The notes beneath the pieces are model-generated. The model was not told the DNA's origin. It worked only from the letters and a program-made list of their open reading frames with translations, and did no database searches. Source: Vicugna vicugna (Eukaryota). Taken from it: a stretch of DNA of 64,000 nt. Of this stretch, positions 23,703 through 36,505 are shown piece by piece (within the stretch, counting starts at the first letter, position 1; every line of letters begins with the position of its first letter). Location of the stretch: assembly GCA_013265495.1 (NCBI GenBank), contig MU058252.1, positions 2,390,244 to 2,454,243 on the forward strand, given 5' to 3'. The position numbers and the translations under genes were made by a program.

Positions 23703-24716
23703 GAAGCCAGCTCACATCCACTTTACGTCTACATCAAAATTTATGATTGACTGTGAACCACTTAGTAATTCACCAAGCCTATTCTTAATCAGTTTGCATG
23801 AACTTCAGCCTCACTGCTGATAGTAACATTGCCATGTTATCTGAAAACATCAGAAAAGATTCCTTTCCTCTGTTGTTCTTCTTGTAGCCTGGCCCTCTGG
23901 GAATCTTGACATTAGTAGGTGATTTGGCTGTTAGCCCTTATGTGTAGACAATATCCATGCATTGTTTAACGTTCACCTTTGAATCTGAGATAGCCTTTGG
24001 TTTAGGAAGTAGAGTTTTTCTACTCTACATTTATCAGTTAGGAAAAGATGTCAGAAAAAAAAATCCAGCTGTTTAACCTAAGCCTTTTTAGGGGCAAATG
24101 TTGATGGATTTCTGTCTCTTGATGCTTGAGTATCTTATTCTGTCTTAAGCTTCAGGGATGCGGAGAGTGAGGTAAAGACAGACTTAAAGGGGCCGCCTTC
24201 CAGCTCATGATACCTTGTCTTTGCAAAGATTTTAAAAACAAAATCTCCAGCGGAGTAGACAGAGATCATTGAGTTTCTTTCTTTTTTTTTTTTCCTCCTT
24301 TCCGTTGAGCTGGTCGGCAGCATCATCTGTTCTTTTACTAAAACTCTTGGTTCTTATTTGATGTCCCTGCCTACGAACACACTTCTCTGACCTCTAAAAC
24401 AGCCAACTTCGATTCCTGCAAAAGTTAGCTAACATCGAGTTACCCATTAATTGGATAGACATTTCCAGTCCCAGACTGTGTCTAGGTAGCCGGCACCGTA
24501 CAGGCCTGTGGGGCAGATTCGGGCAGGGGCGGGAATGAGGGCAGGGGAATTTAGCGTAAGGATGCATAGCACAGGGTGTGACCTGCCATAGACACCAGGA
24601 GGAAGGGCCCTTGAAGTGCCCAAACAGGGCAATTCATTTTGTCTAGAAGGCGGGGGCTTGGAGGAAGACCCCCAAGAGAAGACATTTCAATTAGATGTTT
24701 AAAAATAGGTAAACAA

Positions 24717-24800
24717 GTATGACTGAAACATGATGCTGTGTGCCGGAAACTGACACGGCTTTGTAAACTGACTGTACTTCAATTTAAAAAAATAAATAAA
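24717..24800 (+). mobile_element. Very short L1 3' end
   Basis: gtatgactgaaacatgatgctgtgtgccggaaactgacac...actgactgtacttcaatttaaaaaaataaataaa. Confidence 0.85.
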
Positions 24801-24899
24801 GATGAAAAACAAAGAAAAAAGAACTGAACAAGGAAACAAATTTTAAAAAAGTAATAGTAAAAGCTGTCTTCGGATTGGAACCAAAAAAAAAAATTAGTA

Positions 24900-25005
24900 T
24901 GTGACAGTGAATGTATGTATGTTCATGTATAACTGAAAAATTGTGCTCAACGCTGGAATTTGACACAACATTGTAAAATGACTATAACTCAATAAAAAAA
25001 AGTTT
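24900..25005 (+). mobile_element. Short L1 3' end of a different, probably younger, subfamily with TSD
   Basis: tgtataactgaaaaattgtgctc...aaatgactataactcaataaaaaaa; TSD aaaaaaattagta at 24887-24899 and 25006-25018. Confidence 0.88.
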
Positions 25006-25821
25006 AAAAAAATTAGTAAAGAAAAATTCTCACATGGACTAACAAGTCCAAGCAGAGAAGACAGTGTGATCGAAGGCATCAAAACACGGACTTTTCTAGA
25101 AACACACGCAAATGAAACTGTTCTGCTCCAGCTGGTGAGGTGGGTGTCCGGGGCGGGAGCTGGACCTGGGGGTCGAGGGGTGGCCGAGATGACCTGAGGC
25201 CAGCTGGCCACACATCCGTATCTGGGAGCTGGAGGAAGTCCGGAGTCACTGACCTGAGGCACAGGAATTATCTCCAGTAGTAAAGCTAGAAGTGCATGGC
25301 TTTTCTGTTCAGGGTGTTCAGGAAATACCACCTGGAGAGGATTTTTCCTCTATTTACATATATTTAGGTGAGCAAACTAGAGATTCTTGGGCATTTTTAC
25401 CTTTCGTTGCCGTGGAAAGCCTAACCAACTACGCGGATGGCTTGCAGAAGTTGTCCTTTGTGGCTATTTGCATGCAGATTTCAACACCAGATTGAAAATG
25501 TTGGAATGCTCTTGCTATAAATAAAAAGCCCACTAGACTTTTAGATTCCCCTCAGGCCTGCTACTGAGCACTACCTGTGTGTGCAGACATGTGCTGGAGA
25601 TCTTGAGGGTGAGGGAAGAAATGGGAAGAAGCAGCATTCCCACGTGCGATGAGCAGACTCCCATTTTGCGTACCGTTTTTTATGTATTTGCCATTTGATA
25701 TTATGCTCTTTTGTATTTTTTTCACAAAGAGGCAAGAGTCGGATATATGTTGGAGCCCAATTTGGGTAAAATTTAAATAGAGGGGCTAAGTTTTGATTGA
25801 AGCCCTGAATGATGGGTAACA

Positions 25822-25970
25822 TTTTTTAACACCTTTATTGTGGTTTGATTCCTACACAGTAAACTACACACATTTCAGATGTACTGTTTGATGAATTTTG
25901 ATAGATGTAGACACCCATGAAACCACCACCACAATCAGGATGGCTAACATTTCCATCCCTCCCCAGGAGG
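25822..25970 (-). mobile_element. Old L1M 3' end fragment
   Basis: ctttattg...agtaaactacacacattt...tttgatgaattttga...catgaaaccaccaccacaatcag. Confidence 0.7.
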
Positions 25971-26611
25971 TGCATATTTCAAACTCCTGATTTAATAAAC
26001 AGGGGAATTGGGTTGAGGGGATGTGAGGACCAGATGGGAATGCGTAGCTCTGGGAATGAGCAGCAGAAGCAGAGGCTGGAGGTTACATTTCAGTAAAAAG
26101 GGGTAACACATTTGAAATGGACTGAGACATGAGTATGGAGGTCAGGAAATCCTTTCTTCCTCTCAGCGGGGCTCTCGCATATTTGATGTCTCCCTTTCCG
26201 TGGGAGGTGAGCCTCCATCACTGGCGATAACTAGGCTCTGGGAAAGAAGGGGGTGAGAAATACTTGACTGCAGTCACATTCTCAAGTCCAGGCAGAAATA
26301 TTCAAATAGGAGGAGAGGAAAGTGATTCTTCCCCCTGCCGGGCAGGTGATGAGAAATCCAGCACCCCAACATACACCGCCGTGTGCGGATGAACCACAGG
26401 GGTACGGACTGACCTCAGGGCAACAGCCAAAGCGGGAGCCTTCTAGCCTCTGAAGTGTGAGTGTTGTAAATACGCACACTCACAGCTTTTCTCTGGAGGA
26501 AGACTGTGCCTGATTTGAGCTGGCGGTGATGAGGTCTAAAGATTCCTCATCAGAGAGGCTGCTTCACTTCAGAGAAAAGCTGTCTGTATCCCCAGTTTTT
26601 CTGTTTACCTT

Positions 26612-27125
26612 TGTGGAGGAAGAATGTTGCCTGCAGTACCAGTCAGCAAAGGACGTTGCAGCCGCAGCCACTGCCGGCACCTCTCAGCAGCGCCCCCCAG
26701 GGGACTCAGGATGGCAAAGCCCAGGACACCGGCCCTGGATGGCCAGGTGCCTGTCAGAGAGGAAGGGTCTCACTGAGCCCAGACTCTTGCATCTTTCTGT
26801 ACACAGAAAAGCTCTAAATTCCTTAACTTGAGATGTCTGGTTTTCTTTAATTAATAGTAATCTTTTTTCTAAGCTGAAGTGTAGTCAGTGACAGTGTGTC
26901 AGTTTCTGGTGTACAGAATGAAACAGTAATCTTTTGATGTTCCGACTACCTGGTCTTTGTTGCAAAGACACCTGCATGTCCCGGCCCCTCCCTTACCTCT
27001 TCGGAGCAGTCCCGCAGAGCAGTCTGAGATCAGGCTATCTCCCAGGCTTGAAGTCCTCAGAAAATCCACTAAATAAAACATAATTCTCAACTTTTAGGTT
27101 GTGCTTTTTTTTTTTTCAGAAAACA
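26612..27125 (+). mobile_element. ERV1-like solo LTR interrupted by a ~55-bp L1 stub
   Basis: TG...CA termini; AATAAA near 27072 followed by cataattctcaacttttaggttgtgc; resembles recalled cetartiodactyl ERV1 LTRs. Confidence 0.8.
26867..26921 (-). mobile_element. L1 3' stub inside the LTR
   Basis: gaagtgtagtcagtgacagtgtgtcagtttctggtgtacag; TSD aa(t/c)agtaatctttt at 26853-26866 and 26922-26935. Confidence 0.88.
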
Positions 27126-27397
27126 CCCTGCTGAAATTCTTTTTTTTCTTCCTTAAATGTTTTTCATTATGAAACTAAGAAATGCATCCTATTTCCAGGT
27201 GGTATCGCTACTGGTGCTGTTTGAAAAATCAATGTCATGTTCTATGATAAAAGCAGCTTATGTATTTTTGTAGGTACAAGGTGAGTGACAGGGAAACCGA
27301 GATGACAGTAGAATACAATGAGAGGGTGAAATAGAAGGGAATTATCATAAAAGTCAAGATGAAAGGTAGGGATTGTATCCACATAATTCCGATGATC

Positions 27398-27560
27398 TTT
27401 TTGAACAGCTTTATTGACGTAAAGGAGATTCAACACGCTTCACACATCTCAAGTGTATAATTTGATAAGCTTTGGCCTGGGTGTACAGCCTGGAACCAAC
27501 CCTACAATCAAAATAGGCAGTGACTAGGTCGTCATCCCAAGGGAAGCCTTGTGTTCCTCA
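27398..27560 (-). mobile_element. Old L1M 3' end fragment
   Basis: aacagctttattga...tcaagtgtataatttgataagcttt...tacaatcaaaata. Confidence 0.6.
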
Positions 27561-29190
27561 TTCTTGTTCCTTTAACGGAGCAGTAAATGAAGTTGGCCAA
27601 TTTTTGTGTTATTCATACTCATCTGAATTTCTTGGAATGCCTTTGTTTCTCTGCTGAATGTTGATTTTTATGAAGATAATTACCTTTCAGCGGTGGAGAG
27701 TTTCACCCTGTCTGCTTTCAGGGAGCACCTGGGCCCTGTGGCCAAGAGCCAGACCCCCCAAAGGCCTCTGACTTAGATTAACCTAAAGACGTTGCTTTCA
27801 GGACACCTCTGCCCCGCAGAAAGCTGCAGGGTACCTCGCTCTGGCGGGGTCCAGGCCCACGTCCCTGCAGGCTCTGGAAGTCCCCCTAACCAGGGGTCTC
27901 CTGCCCCATTCCCACTGAGTCTGCTCCTCTCTGTGGGTTGCAGCACCTCACTGAGATCCAGCTGCTCCCCAGATGACTCTGTACATGCCCCCTCCATGAC
28001 TTGAGGGTGATTATTTATTCGAAGAAATAACAGAATCCCCAAGGAGTAACCAGATCACAGCCTCCTTTCGGACAGGAAGCCTTCATGCACCTTTGTGTGT
28101 GGCCTCTTCTGCCCCAAGCCCCCGCCCCGGCCCGACTCAGTCTTAAATGCCCCCGGCGGGTGCAGTGGAAATGGCTGCAGAAAAGCCTTCCTCCTCATTG
28201 GTATGCTGGTGGAAGCCTTCCCTCCAAATTCTCCATCATCAGAGGACAGTCCTGCTCTGTGCTTTTGCAAGCAGGAGGTAGCCCAGATGGGAAAGGAAAT
28301 GAAGCATTCCCTGAAATCTGCCCCTTTTCCTCCACGTTTGACTCTGTGTTGTCTTATCAAAAAGGCGGTGCCCCCTGACCCTACTCCATCAGCTGTATCC
28401 GTGGACGCCGAGGTGCTATAATGCAGCCTTCTGACATATCAGGACGCCCGGGCCAAGGTGCCCGTTTGTTCTGAATAAGAATCGGTAATGTTCAACTAAC
28501 AGAGACTGTGTCACCAAGCAGTTCATTTAGAATGTCATTGCTCTGCACTTCGTATCCTGACCTAACTGAGCCTAATTACGTCCGCATAGAGGACCGCACC
28601 ACTAGGACACAAGAGGGCAGAGGACCTAGCCTTTCCTCCTCCCAGACCTAGAATTTTATTCCAGCAGGAGGGGCATGCCCACCGTGTGGCCTCCCTCCCC
28701 CCGGCAGAAGAGAGATGAACCCCTCTCCCTGAGGACATCACTGGCACCCCGGGCAGGGGCAGAGCCACTTGGAGTTTTACGGCTGGCATCAGCGCTCACA
28801 CCGTGGGCTTCTAACACGGGCCAGGCAGCTATAGGCGTTCGACACTAGGAGCATCCAGAGCGTGAGTCCCGGTGTGAGGTGCGGTGCGTCGTGTCTCCGT
28901 GGTGCACTGTCGGTCTTTCTGAGTGCCTTCCTTTTCTTTACATACAGACAGGGTGTTTCTGTGGTCTAATGTCATTGCCTGTTCTCTCTTACTCATGAAG
29001 AAGGCGGGAGAGTGGGCAGAGGGGTTCTTTGTGTAATTTCCACTGCTTTATTTTAAAATTAATTATGAAGTATTTTTAAATTACTCCAGCATTTATACAA
29101 GTTTGATTATATAACAGAGATAATTCTGCATCCAAATGGTTACAGATCTTAAGGCATCATTCGTGGTTATGCAGATGTCAGAGGCCTGCC

Positions 29191-29615
29191 TGTATTAGGG
29201 TTCTCCAGAGGGAAGGAACCAACAGGACACATATTTATACATATTCATTATAAGGAGTTGGCCCACATGTTTATGGAGATGGGTAGGTCCCAGGTAGGTT
29301 GGCAGGCTGCAGACTCTGGAGAGCTGAGAGGTAGCTCCAGTCTGAATTTCAATCTGTAGGCCTGAGAACCAGGAGCAGTGGTATAAGTTCTCATCCAAAG
29401 GCCCAAAAAGACTGATGTCCCAGCTGAAAGCAGTCAGGCAGGAGGGGTCTCCTCTTACCTGTGGGACAGTCAGCTTTTTTGTTCTACCCAGGCCTTCAAC
29501 TGATTGGATGAGGCCCACCCACATTAGGAAGGGCAATCTGCTGTACTCAGAGTACCAACTCCAGTGCTAACCTCATCCAGAAACACCTTCACAGACACAC
29601 CCAGAATAATGTTTG
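29191..29615 (-). mobile_element. ERVL MLT2-family LTR with one end missing
   Basis: tgtattagggttctccagag...ccttcaactgattggatgaggcccacccacatt...cacagacacacccagaataatgttt is characteristic antisense MLT2. Confidence 0.9.
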
Positions 29616-29790
29616 TTTGCTTGTTTGTTTGTTTTTACTGAAGTATAGTTGATTGACAATGTTGTATGGGTTTCAGGTATACAGCACAGTGATTCAGTTA
29701 TACATAGATATTTCTTTTCATATTCTTTTCTGTTATAGGTCATTACAAAATATTGAATACAGTTCCCTGTGCTCTGCAGTGGGACCTTGT
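29616..29790 (-). mobile_element. L1 3' end fragment
   Basis: (tttg)n tail then gaagtatagttgattgacaatgttg...cagttccctgtgctctgcagtgggaccttgt. Confidence 0.9.
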
Positions 29791-30722
29791 AATAATAAAC
29801 AAAGAAGATTTTAAAACAAGTAGAACCTAGTGGTTTCTGTCTCCTGTAAGAACTCTTAAGAGAAACTTAATAGCTCTCCTGGGTTAGGTTGCAAGAAGTA
29901 TCATTTATTTTTTCACTTGAGTTTTCTTTGGAAGAATGATGAGAGATTAAAAGAAAGACAAAATAGTGCTATTATTATTTAGTATCTGGAAAATGCAAGG
30001 TTTCAAAATGTTTATCACTTGGAACATTAGTCCCACCTTATCACAAGCCGTGAAGCTCTGTGTTAACTGAACAAACGCTGTCCAACGTACAAACCGTCCT
30101 TATCTCCTTTGGACCATCCTGATATAGGACATTTGCAGGATCTTCTTAGAATTGGCTTCTATTGTAAATTTTATGACTTTCCCTTCCCCCAACAGAGGGC
30201 AGCCCTTTGAGATTCCTGAAGGATGCCCAGACAGGGCCCCACAGTTCCAGCTGCATCTTCTGATGTATTCAGATTTCCTAATCAGCAGTAGAAAGAAAAG
30301 CTTGAGTCATAGTTGCAGGTGGTGGGGAGAGGACTTCAGTTTTAAGAACGCGTGTTTCCAGGCACTCGAAGTCTGTCGAATGTGGGTCTAGGCTGATGCC
30401 TACCTAGAACGTCCACTGAGACCAGGGCCCCATCCACATTAGATTCTGAAAACTCTTGGGATACTTTTGTGGGACCCTCATATAATTAGGAAGGCACTGG
30501 GGCAGCAGGTCACAAGAGGGAACTTTGAGGCTGGCTCCATGCAGCAATTATTAATGATTTCTGTCCTCTCCAGACTCCATGCAAGACACGGCTGTAGGTG
30601 AGTCCACTGCTTGTGGTGGCTCCAGAAACGGCACTTAGCAAATTCATGCGTCACGGTTCTAGTGAAGAGGGAAAGTTGAAACAACGTGTAAGTGAAAGGA
30701 CACACAATGGAAAAGAGCTTTT

Positions 30723-31149
30723 TTTAAAATTTTTTTCACTTTTTTATTGAAGTATAATTGAGTTGCAGTGTTTCAGGTGTACAGCAAAGTGATTCAGACA
30801 TAGATATAGATACATGATCTTTTTTAGATTCTTTTCCATAGATTACAAGGTGTTACAAGGTACTGAATATAGCTCCATGGGCTGTGCAGTAGGTCCCTGT
30901 TGTTTATCTGTTGTATGTACAGTAGTGCGTATCCGTCAATCCCAAACTCCTAAATTATCCCTCCCGGCCTTTCCCCTTTGTTTTCTATGTCTGTGAGTCT
31001 GTTTCTGTTTTGTAAATAAGTTCATTTGTGTCACTTTTTAAGATTCCACAGATAAGTGATATCATGTGATACTTGTCATTCTCTGTCTGACTTACTTCCC
31101 TTGGTCTGATCATCTCTAGGTGCGTCTGTGTTGCTGCAAACGCCATTAT
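30723..31149 (-). mobile_element. 5'-truncated L1 with perfect TSD
   Basis: L1 3'UTR and ORF2 end (ORF 30985..31197 contains FAATQTHLEMI..EVSQTENDKYHMISLICG); TSD gaaaagagctttt at 30710-30722 and 31150-31162. Confidence 0.93.
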
Positions 31150-31189
31150 GAAAAGAGCTTTTAAAATGAGAAAAAACTCATGTCCTAAA

Positions 31190-31335
31190 GCCATCACTTA
31201 ACTTTGAGATCTTAATCTAGTTACTTACACTTTCGGGGTCTATGTTTTTCTTTAAGTAGTTATAATAATACTTCCCTCACAGAGCTGCTGTCAAAATTAT
31301 ATAGCAACCCATAGCAAACACGTGGTAAATATCAG
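31190..31335 (+). mobile_element. MIR SINE relic
   Basis: agttacttac...taataatacttccctcacagagctgctgtcaaaatta. Confidence 0.5.
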
Positions 31336-31659
31336 GTTCTTAAAAATCAGAGTGTTTTCCCTTTGCTGTAGCTGCTATTATGTGAAAGGGGGGGGGTTAG
31401 ACTAGTTCTCTTGGAGCGAGTTTGGAAGATTTAAGTAAGTTAATGGTTTGATAGAAGCTTGGATGTTCTAAAGCACCCTATAAAATGTTCACGCATCCCT
31501 CAGATGGTCAGGGGGTGAGTGCTATGCCCCAGCCCGCTGAGGTCTCCCGGGAATGGGCAGGGCACTGCTCCCAACCTCAGAGAGTGTGCATTCAGCTGAG
31601 GACAGCAGAGTCAGAAATGGATTGATTGAAACAGAGAACGCTGCAGTCCAAGCACAAAG

Positions 31660-31882
31660 AACGTGATGTCACACTGTGTTGTGTGCTTGGGAGCCGCGGG
31701 AGAGGAGGTCTTCAGTGATCTCAGACGTACGCACAGTGGTGCCTGTCGGAGGTGACACTGTGTCGACTGATCTCGTGAAATCACCTCGCCGTCTATACGT
31801 GTACCAGATCATCACACACACCTTAACCTTGCACAGTGTCATAGGTCAATTATATCTCAATAGCCTTAGAAAAAATATTAAA
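31660..31882 (+). mobile_element. L1MA-like 3' end, GC-drifted
   Basis: ...acaccttaaccttgcacagtgtcataggtcaattatatctcaata followed by an A-rich tail. Confidence 0.7.
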
Positions 31883-32424
31883 TCAAGTGATGATGCAGGA
31901 TGTAGAAGAAAACAACCGCCTGTGAGCCTCATGGGAACAGTGAGCGTTGACACGTTCGTATATTTCCGTGTGTTTGTTTGGCAAGCGTTTAAATTTCGTT
32001 ATGCTCACTGACAATGCTGCCCTTCCCCCACTTCCTGCCACCCTGCACTCAAACCTCACCCCACATCTATGCCCTCTCTTTGCCCTGTTCTGGACACCTT
32101 TTGTGCTGGTCCCTCCAGGATGCCCTGACCTCTGTTCCATCTCCGCATGGACTCCCACGTTGCCCCCACGCCCCTCCCTCTGTTCCCGGGAATCTCCCGC
32201 CATCAGAGACCCCTCCCGCAGAAGGGCTCGGCTGTTTGTTTGTTTGTTAGTTTGTTTTCCTTTCCCCCTTCCAGGTGAAAGATCTGATTTTATCTCTGGG
32301 TCTCTGAACTTAGAACCTATAACAAGTTTTCTGTCTGTTCGCCAATACCGGCTAGTACACAGACACACAGACACACACACACCAGTTTCTTTCTTTCTTG
32401 CTCTTGACACAGGGCAGGGTTTTA

Positions 32425-32670
32425 ACTTTAGCAGCAGACCATGAAGGCTGGGAATAGGACACTAAAGTCAGATAAACCTGGGTTGAGGTTCCGATGTTAC
32501 CATTTACTCGCTGACAAACTTGACTAAATTGCTAAAATGTAGGTATGTTTCCTTCTTGAAAATAGAAATTATAATAGTGTGTTCACAATAGAGTTACTGA
32601 GAGCATTAAATATAGAAATGAGGTAAAATTAGCTCATGCTGAGTGTGTGAAATTTGCAGTTAGCATTTAG
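32425..32670 (+). mobile_element. MIR SINE relic
   Basis: agtcagataaacctgggttga...ccatttactcgctg...aaaatagaaattataatagt...gagcattaaat. Confidence 0.65.
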
Positions 32671-33223
32671 AGTATATGTTTTTGCTGCTGTGCGGGTCCT
32701 GGATTTGGCCAAACACGAGTAGACAGTGGAACCTGGAGATGGTTATTGCGATAACGGAGCGCATGTCCCCTCACACTTTCCTCTGCGCACCACGGGCAGG
32801 ACCGCTGCCCAAAGCTGAGGCTGTTTTCAGGTGGCGTGGTGTGGCCTGGCCATTTCCTGACCCCAGGTCAGAAGTGCACGTGTCCTGGGCTCTGTGTGGC
32901 CATCACAACACCATCCCTGTCCGCAGGGATTTGCAGGTGTCCCAGCAGGGACGCGGCGTGAGGAGGACAGGGGCATCTGGGTGAGTGATGGACGAGAAAA
33001 TCCACGTCGGCAGGTGCCGGGGTGCCGGGCGCAGAGGGGAGCAGGAGGAAGGACCTAAGAAGTAGTGAGGTGACGATGATCTGATCTGTGAGGCCCCTTC
33101 CCGGAGGCAGGTCCAGTGGCCTGCGCGCCGTGCTCGCGCGCAGAGTCCGGCAGGAAAGCAGAGGCGGCGCAGCCCGCTCAGCGCGCCCTGACGAGAGCAA
33201 CGCGGGACCCGCGAAAGGCCTGT

Positions 33224-33712
33224 TGTTGCCGCGGAACCGGCCTCCGCACCCCGAAGGCCAGACCGAGACTCGGGGGCGGAGTTTTTGGAGAATTCTGAAA
33301 AGAACAGCTTTGTTGCTTCGCCAGGCAGAGGGGAGTCACCGCGGGCTAATGCCTCAGAGACTCTGAATCTGTCTCGCGGTTGGGGTCTTGAGGTTTTATA
33401 GGAAAACTGGGTGGAACAGAAAAGGTGAAACAATCAGGGCGTTTTACAGGGTGTTACGTTCCTCCTATCCTCGGTGAGTTTTCCTGGCCGCAGGGGGGAG
33501 CTGCAGAGGGTCTGTCCATTCCTCTGAGATTATCAGCCCTCACCTCCTTCCTGGAGCACGGCCTCTGGGTGAAGCTGTTGACCGTCAGGGGAACATCTGG
33601 GGTGTTTAGCACAAAAGCAGTAAGGGAGAGAGCGCAATCACAGGACTTCTTAGTGAAAAGAATCAGCGACAATTTTAGCATCGGGGGAGCCGGTTCGCTT
33701 CCTGCCCCTTCA
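33224..33712 (-). mobile_element. ERV1-like solo LTR with 4-bp TSD
   Basis: TG...CA termini flanked by ctgt at 33220-33223 and 33713-33716; TATAAAA on the minus strand at 33394-33400. Confidence 0.8.
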
Positions 33713-34924
33713 CTGTCAGCTAGAAGTGCTGCGTAAGAAGTTGCTCTGATTTTGAGTTAGCTGCTGTTGGAGGAGCAGTTAATAAGCCCGAGGAACGTGG
33801 TCCTTTTTAGAGCCTGGATCCCCAAAATGAGCCCTGAAACGATGCTCATTTGCCTCAATGAGCCTCTTGCCTCCCCAGCTGCAGAGCTGTGGGCCCTCGT
33901 GTGCTATTACCTGTCTGACGGCCCCGTGGGGCCCTGCCACCTGGGCCTGCAGAGCCCTTCCATAGCCCCACCCACGGAGATCGCTGTAAATGGGCCAGCC
34001 AGGCGCTACCCAGGAACTACGCGGCCTCGACAGGGCACAGCCCTCCGTGGTGGGACCTACGGGAGGGGTCCTGGGAGCTTTTACCCTGTTTCTCACGCAA
34101 GAGCCTGGCTTCTCTGTCCAGCCTGTAACAGTGGGGAGCCTCTCGTCCTGCCCAGAATGAGGCTGAGGGCTGATTACTCACTGACCTCCAGGGGCTGTTA
34201 ATGTAAGGAGAGCTGATTATCGCCATTAGCGTCCCCTCCCCGATGTGAACGTGAGACAAACCCTGATGAGTCTTATTTGAAAGGATGCTGTTCACACGTG
34301 CCGCCCCTGATTTCCTTGGACAGACAGAAGTCACGTGGTTGTCAGCACCCTTGGGGCAGGTCATCGTCAGGGTTAAGTTGGGGAAGGTGCGTCTCTCGTC
34401 TGCGGCGTCACTGACCGTGTAGGAGAGCTTCGTCCGGAAGCAGCGGTAACCCAGGGCTGTGCCTTTCCTTTCTACCTTCTAACTGAAGCATAGTCGACTT
34501 ACCATGTTGGCTTCTGCTCCGTTTCTGTTAGTAACAGGCTTAGTGGCCTTGTGCACGTGCGTGTGTGGAGGTGCGTCTGTGCAGGTTTGATATGTACGCG
34601 TTCATTCCCTGGAGTTCTTTATGTACATATAAAGAATGCATATATATATAAAATATATAAAGGGCATGTGTATTTAAACAATTTAATCACAAGTTGCATT
34701 TGAGCAAGTCTCTCCGGTGCTGAGCTCCACATTCCCTGTCACAGGCGTTCAGTGCTGGCTCGGATCAGGTGCCTGTTCTAGTACTCATTTTAATGAGCAC
34801 ACTTCTGCAGTGCTGCCTTGAGACAGCACACGGTCCTCCACTAATCATTACTGACACTTTTTTCTCCAAGAGTTTGCCCTTCCTTTATTAATAACAATCT
34901 TGAGGTATTTGTCCCTTTGCTTTA

Positions 34925-35305
34925 ATTAAGCTTTTTATTTTGAGATAATTGTAGATTCTCATGCACATGTACAAAATAGTGAGAAAGCTCTCCAGTACCA
35001 TTTGGCCGGTCCCCCAGGGGTGCCATCCTGCAGAACCAGAGCACGTCACAACCAGGACGTTGATGCTGATGAGACACGATACAGGGCTTTCCACCCCCAC
35101 AAGGGCCACTCAGGGCGCCCGTTCACGGCCACTCCCACGCCCTCCCGCCCCGCCCCTCCCTAACCCTGGCGTCCACTTATCTGCTCTCCAGCTCTGTGAT
35201 TTTTTTTTTCATTTCCAGAATGTTATGTAAATGAAATCACACTGTACCTAACCTTTGGGATTGGCTTTTTCCACTCAGCATATTTCTCTGAAGATTATTT
35301 ATGTG
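34925..35305 (-). mobile_element. L1MC-like 3' end fragment, GC-drifted centre
   Basis: ttttattttgagataattgtagattc...ccctaaccctggc...agaatgttatgtaaatgaaatca...ttgggattggctttttccactcagcat. Confidence 0.8.
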
Positions 35306-36394
35306 CACTCATGTGGTTTCATCTTGAAAGCCTCTCGAGTCTCTGAAATCCTAGAGTCAGAATCTGAGGACATGCCCCTCCCTGGGTGACAGAAGCTCAG
35401 AGAGAGGTCTTCTGACTTGGATGGACTGCTTACAGCTGAGCACAAACCTATAATTTTGCCGAAGCTAGAATTGTAAGAAGAGGCATACAGATTCCCTGTT
35501 ACTGCCCCCCCCCCGAGGATTCCAGGCCACCCCACTTTCCAGGTCACCAGCACGGGTGTGCCTCTGTTGCACAACCTGCAGGAGCGGGTGCTGGCGTCAC
35601 CTGGGCTGTCCTCGGCCTCCTCTCCCTTGCTGGATGATTGCAGCCAAAAGAAATGCATGTCCCCTATTGCTTTGTCAAGTTTGATTTGTAAACATTTTGG
35701 AACGAAGGTCCTTAAAGAGGCAGAAAAGGGCACGACATTCCACAGGAAGTAAACTGTCGTCCTTGCCTGTTCTCCGGCTAAAGCCTAGTCCGCCCCCAGC
35801 GGTGGGGGGGGGGGTATTCTCTTCTTTCCTCTCTGAGAGCTCCCTCCCCGCAGGGCTCCCATGCCTCTGTTCCTTGACCCTTTCAGACCAAGACCACGAA
35901 GGACCTCTCTCCACCCCACCTCTCTCTCCGCTCTGTTCTCTGAGTGCCCTAGGGCTTTCCACAGCCCTCCTGGAGCTCCTCGGCCTCCTTGCCCCCCACC
36001 CCCTGTCTGGTAGCACAGAGCGGCGCAGAGGGGAGCTCTGCCAGGCCGTGAGGAGGGGAGAAGCCCGAAATACGGATCCTTGCCTATACTCTTGTCCCAG
36101 ACGCGTTGCTAATCTGGGGTCTTGGCAGCTTACAGAGCTGCCCTTTAATATATATTAGAAACTTCCCACACGTGTTTGAACCAACAGGACCCAGTCAGCC
36201 GACCTCTGTCCTGACTGAGCTCCTCACGCACCCCACGGCCCCAGCAATCCATCCGGACACGACGGGGAGACTCTACACAGCTCACCGTCACTCCAATTCA
36301 TTCTGTGCTCATCCATGTATCAGGAACCACTGGGATGTCCTAGGAAAATGTATGTGATAAGGGTTTTATTTTAGCGTGACGGACATACTTCACA

Positions 36395-36505
36395 AAATGG
36401 GGTGGTGGTGGGCAACGTTGTGCACGTGCTAAACGCCACTGAGTCGTTTACTCTAAAATGGTTAATTTCACGTTACGTGGCTTCCACTTGAGTAAATTAT
36501 TCTTC
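36395..36505 (+). mobile_element. L1MB-like 3' end fragment
   Basis: gcaacgttgtgcacgtgctaaacgccactga...taaaatggttaatttcacgttacgtg. Confidence 0.65.

Larger units (their letters stand above)
24590..25200 (-). mobile_element. L2 relic, split by the L1 cluster at 24717-25005
   Basis: gagaagacatttcaattagatg ... ccaagcagagaagacagtgtgatcgaaggc resemble antisense L2. Confidence 0.45.
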
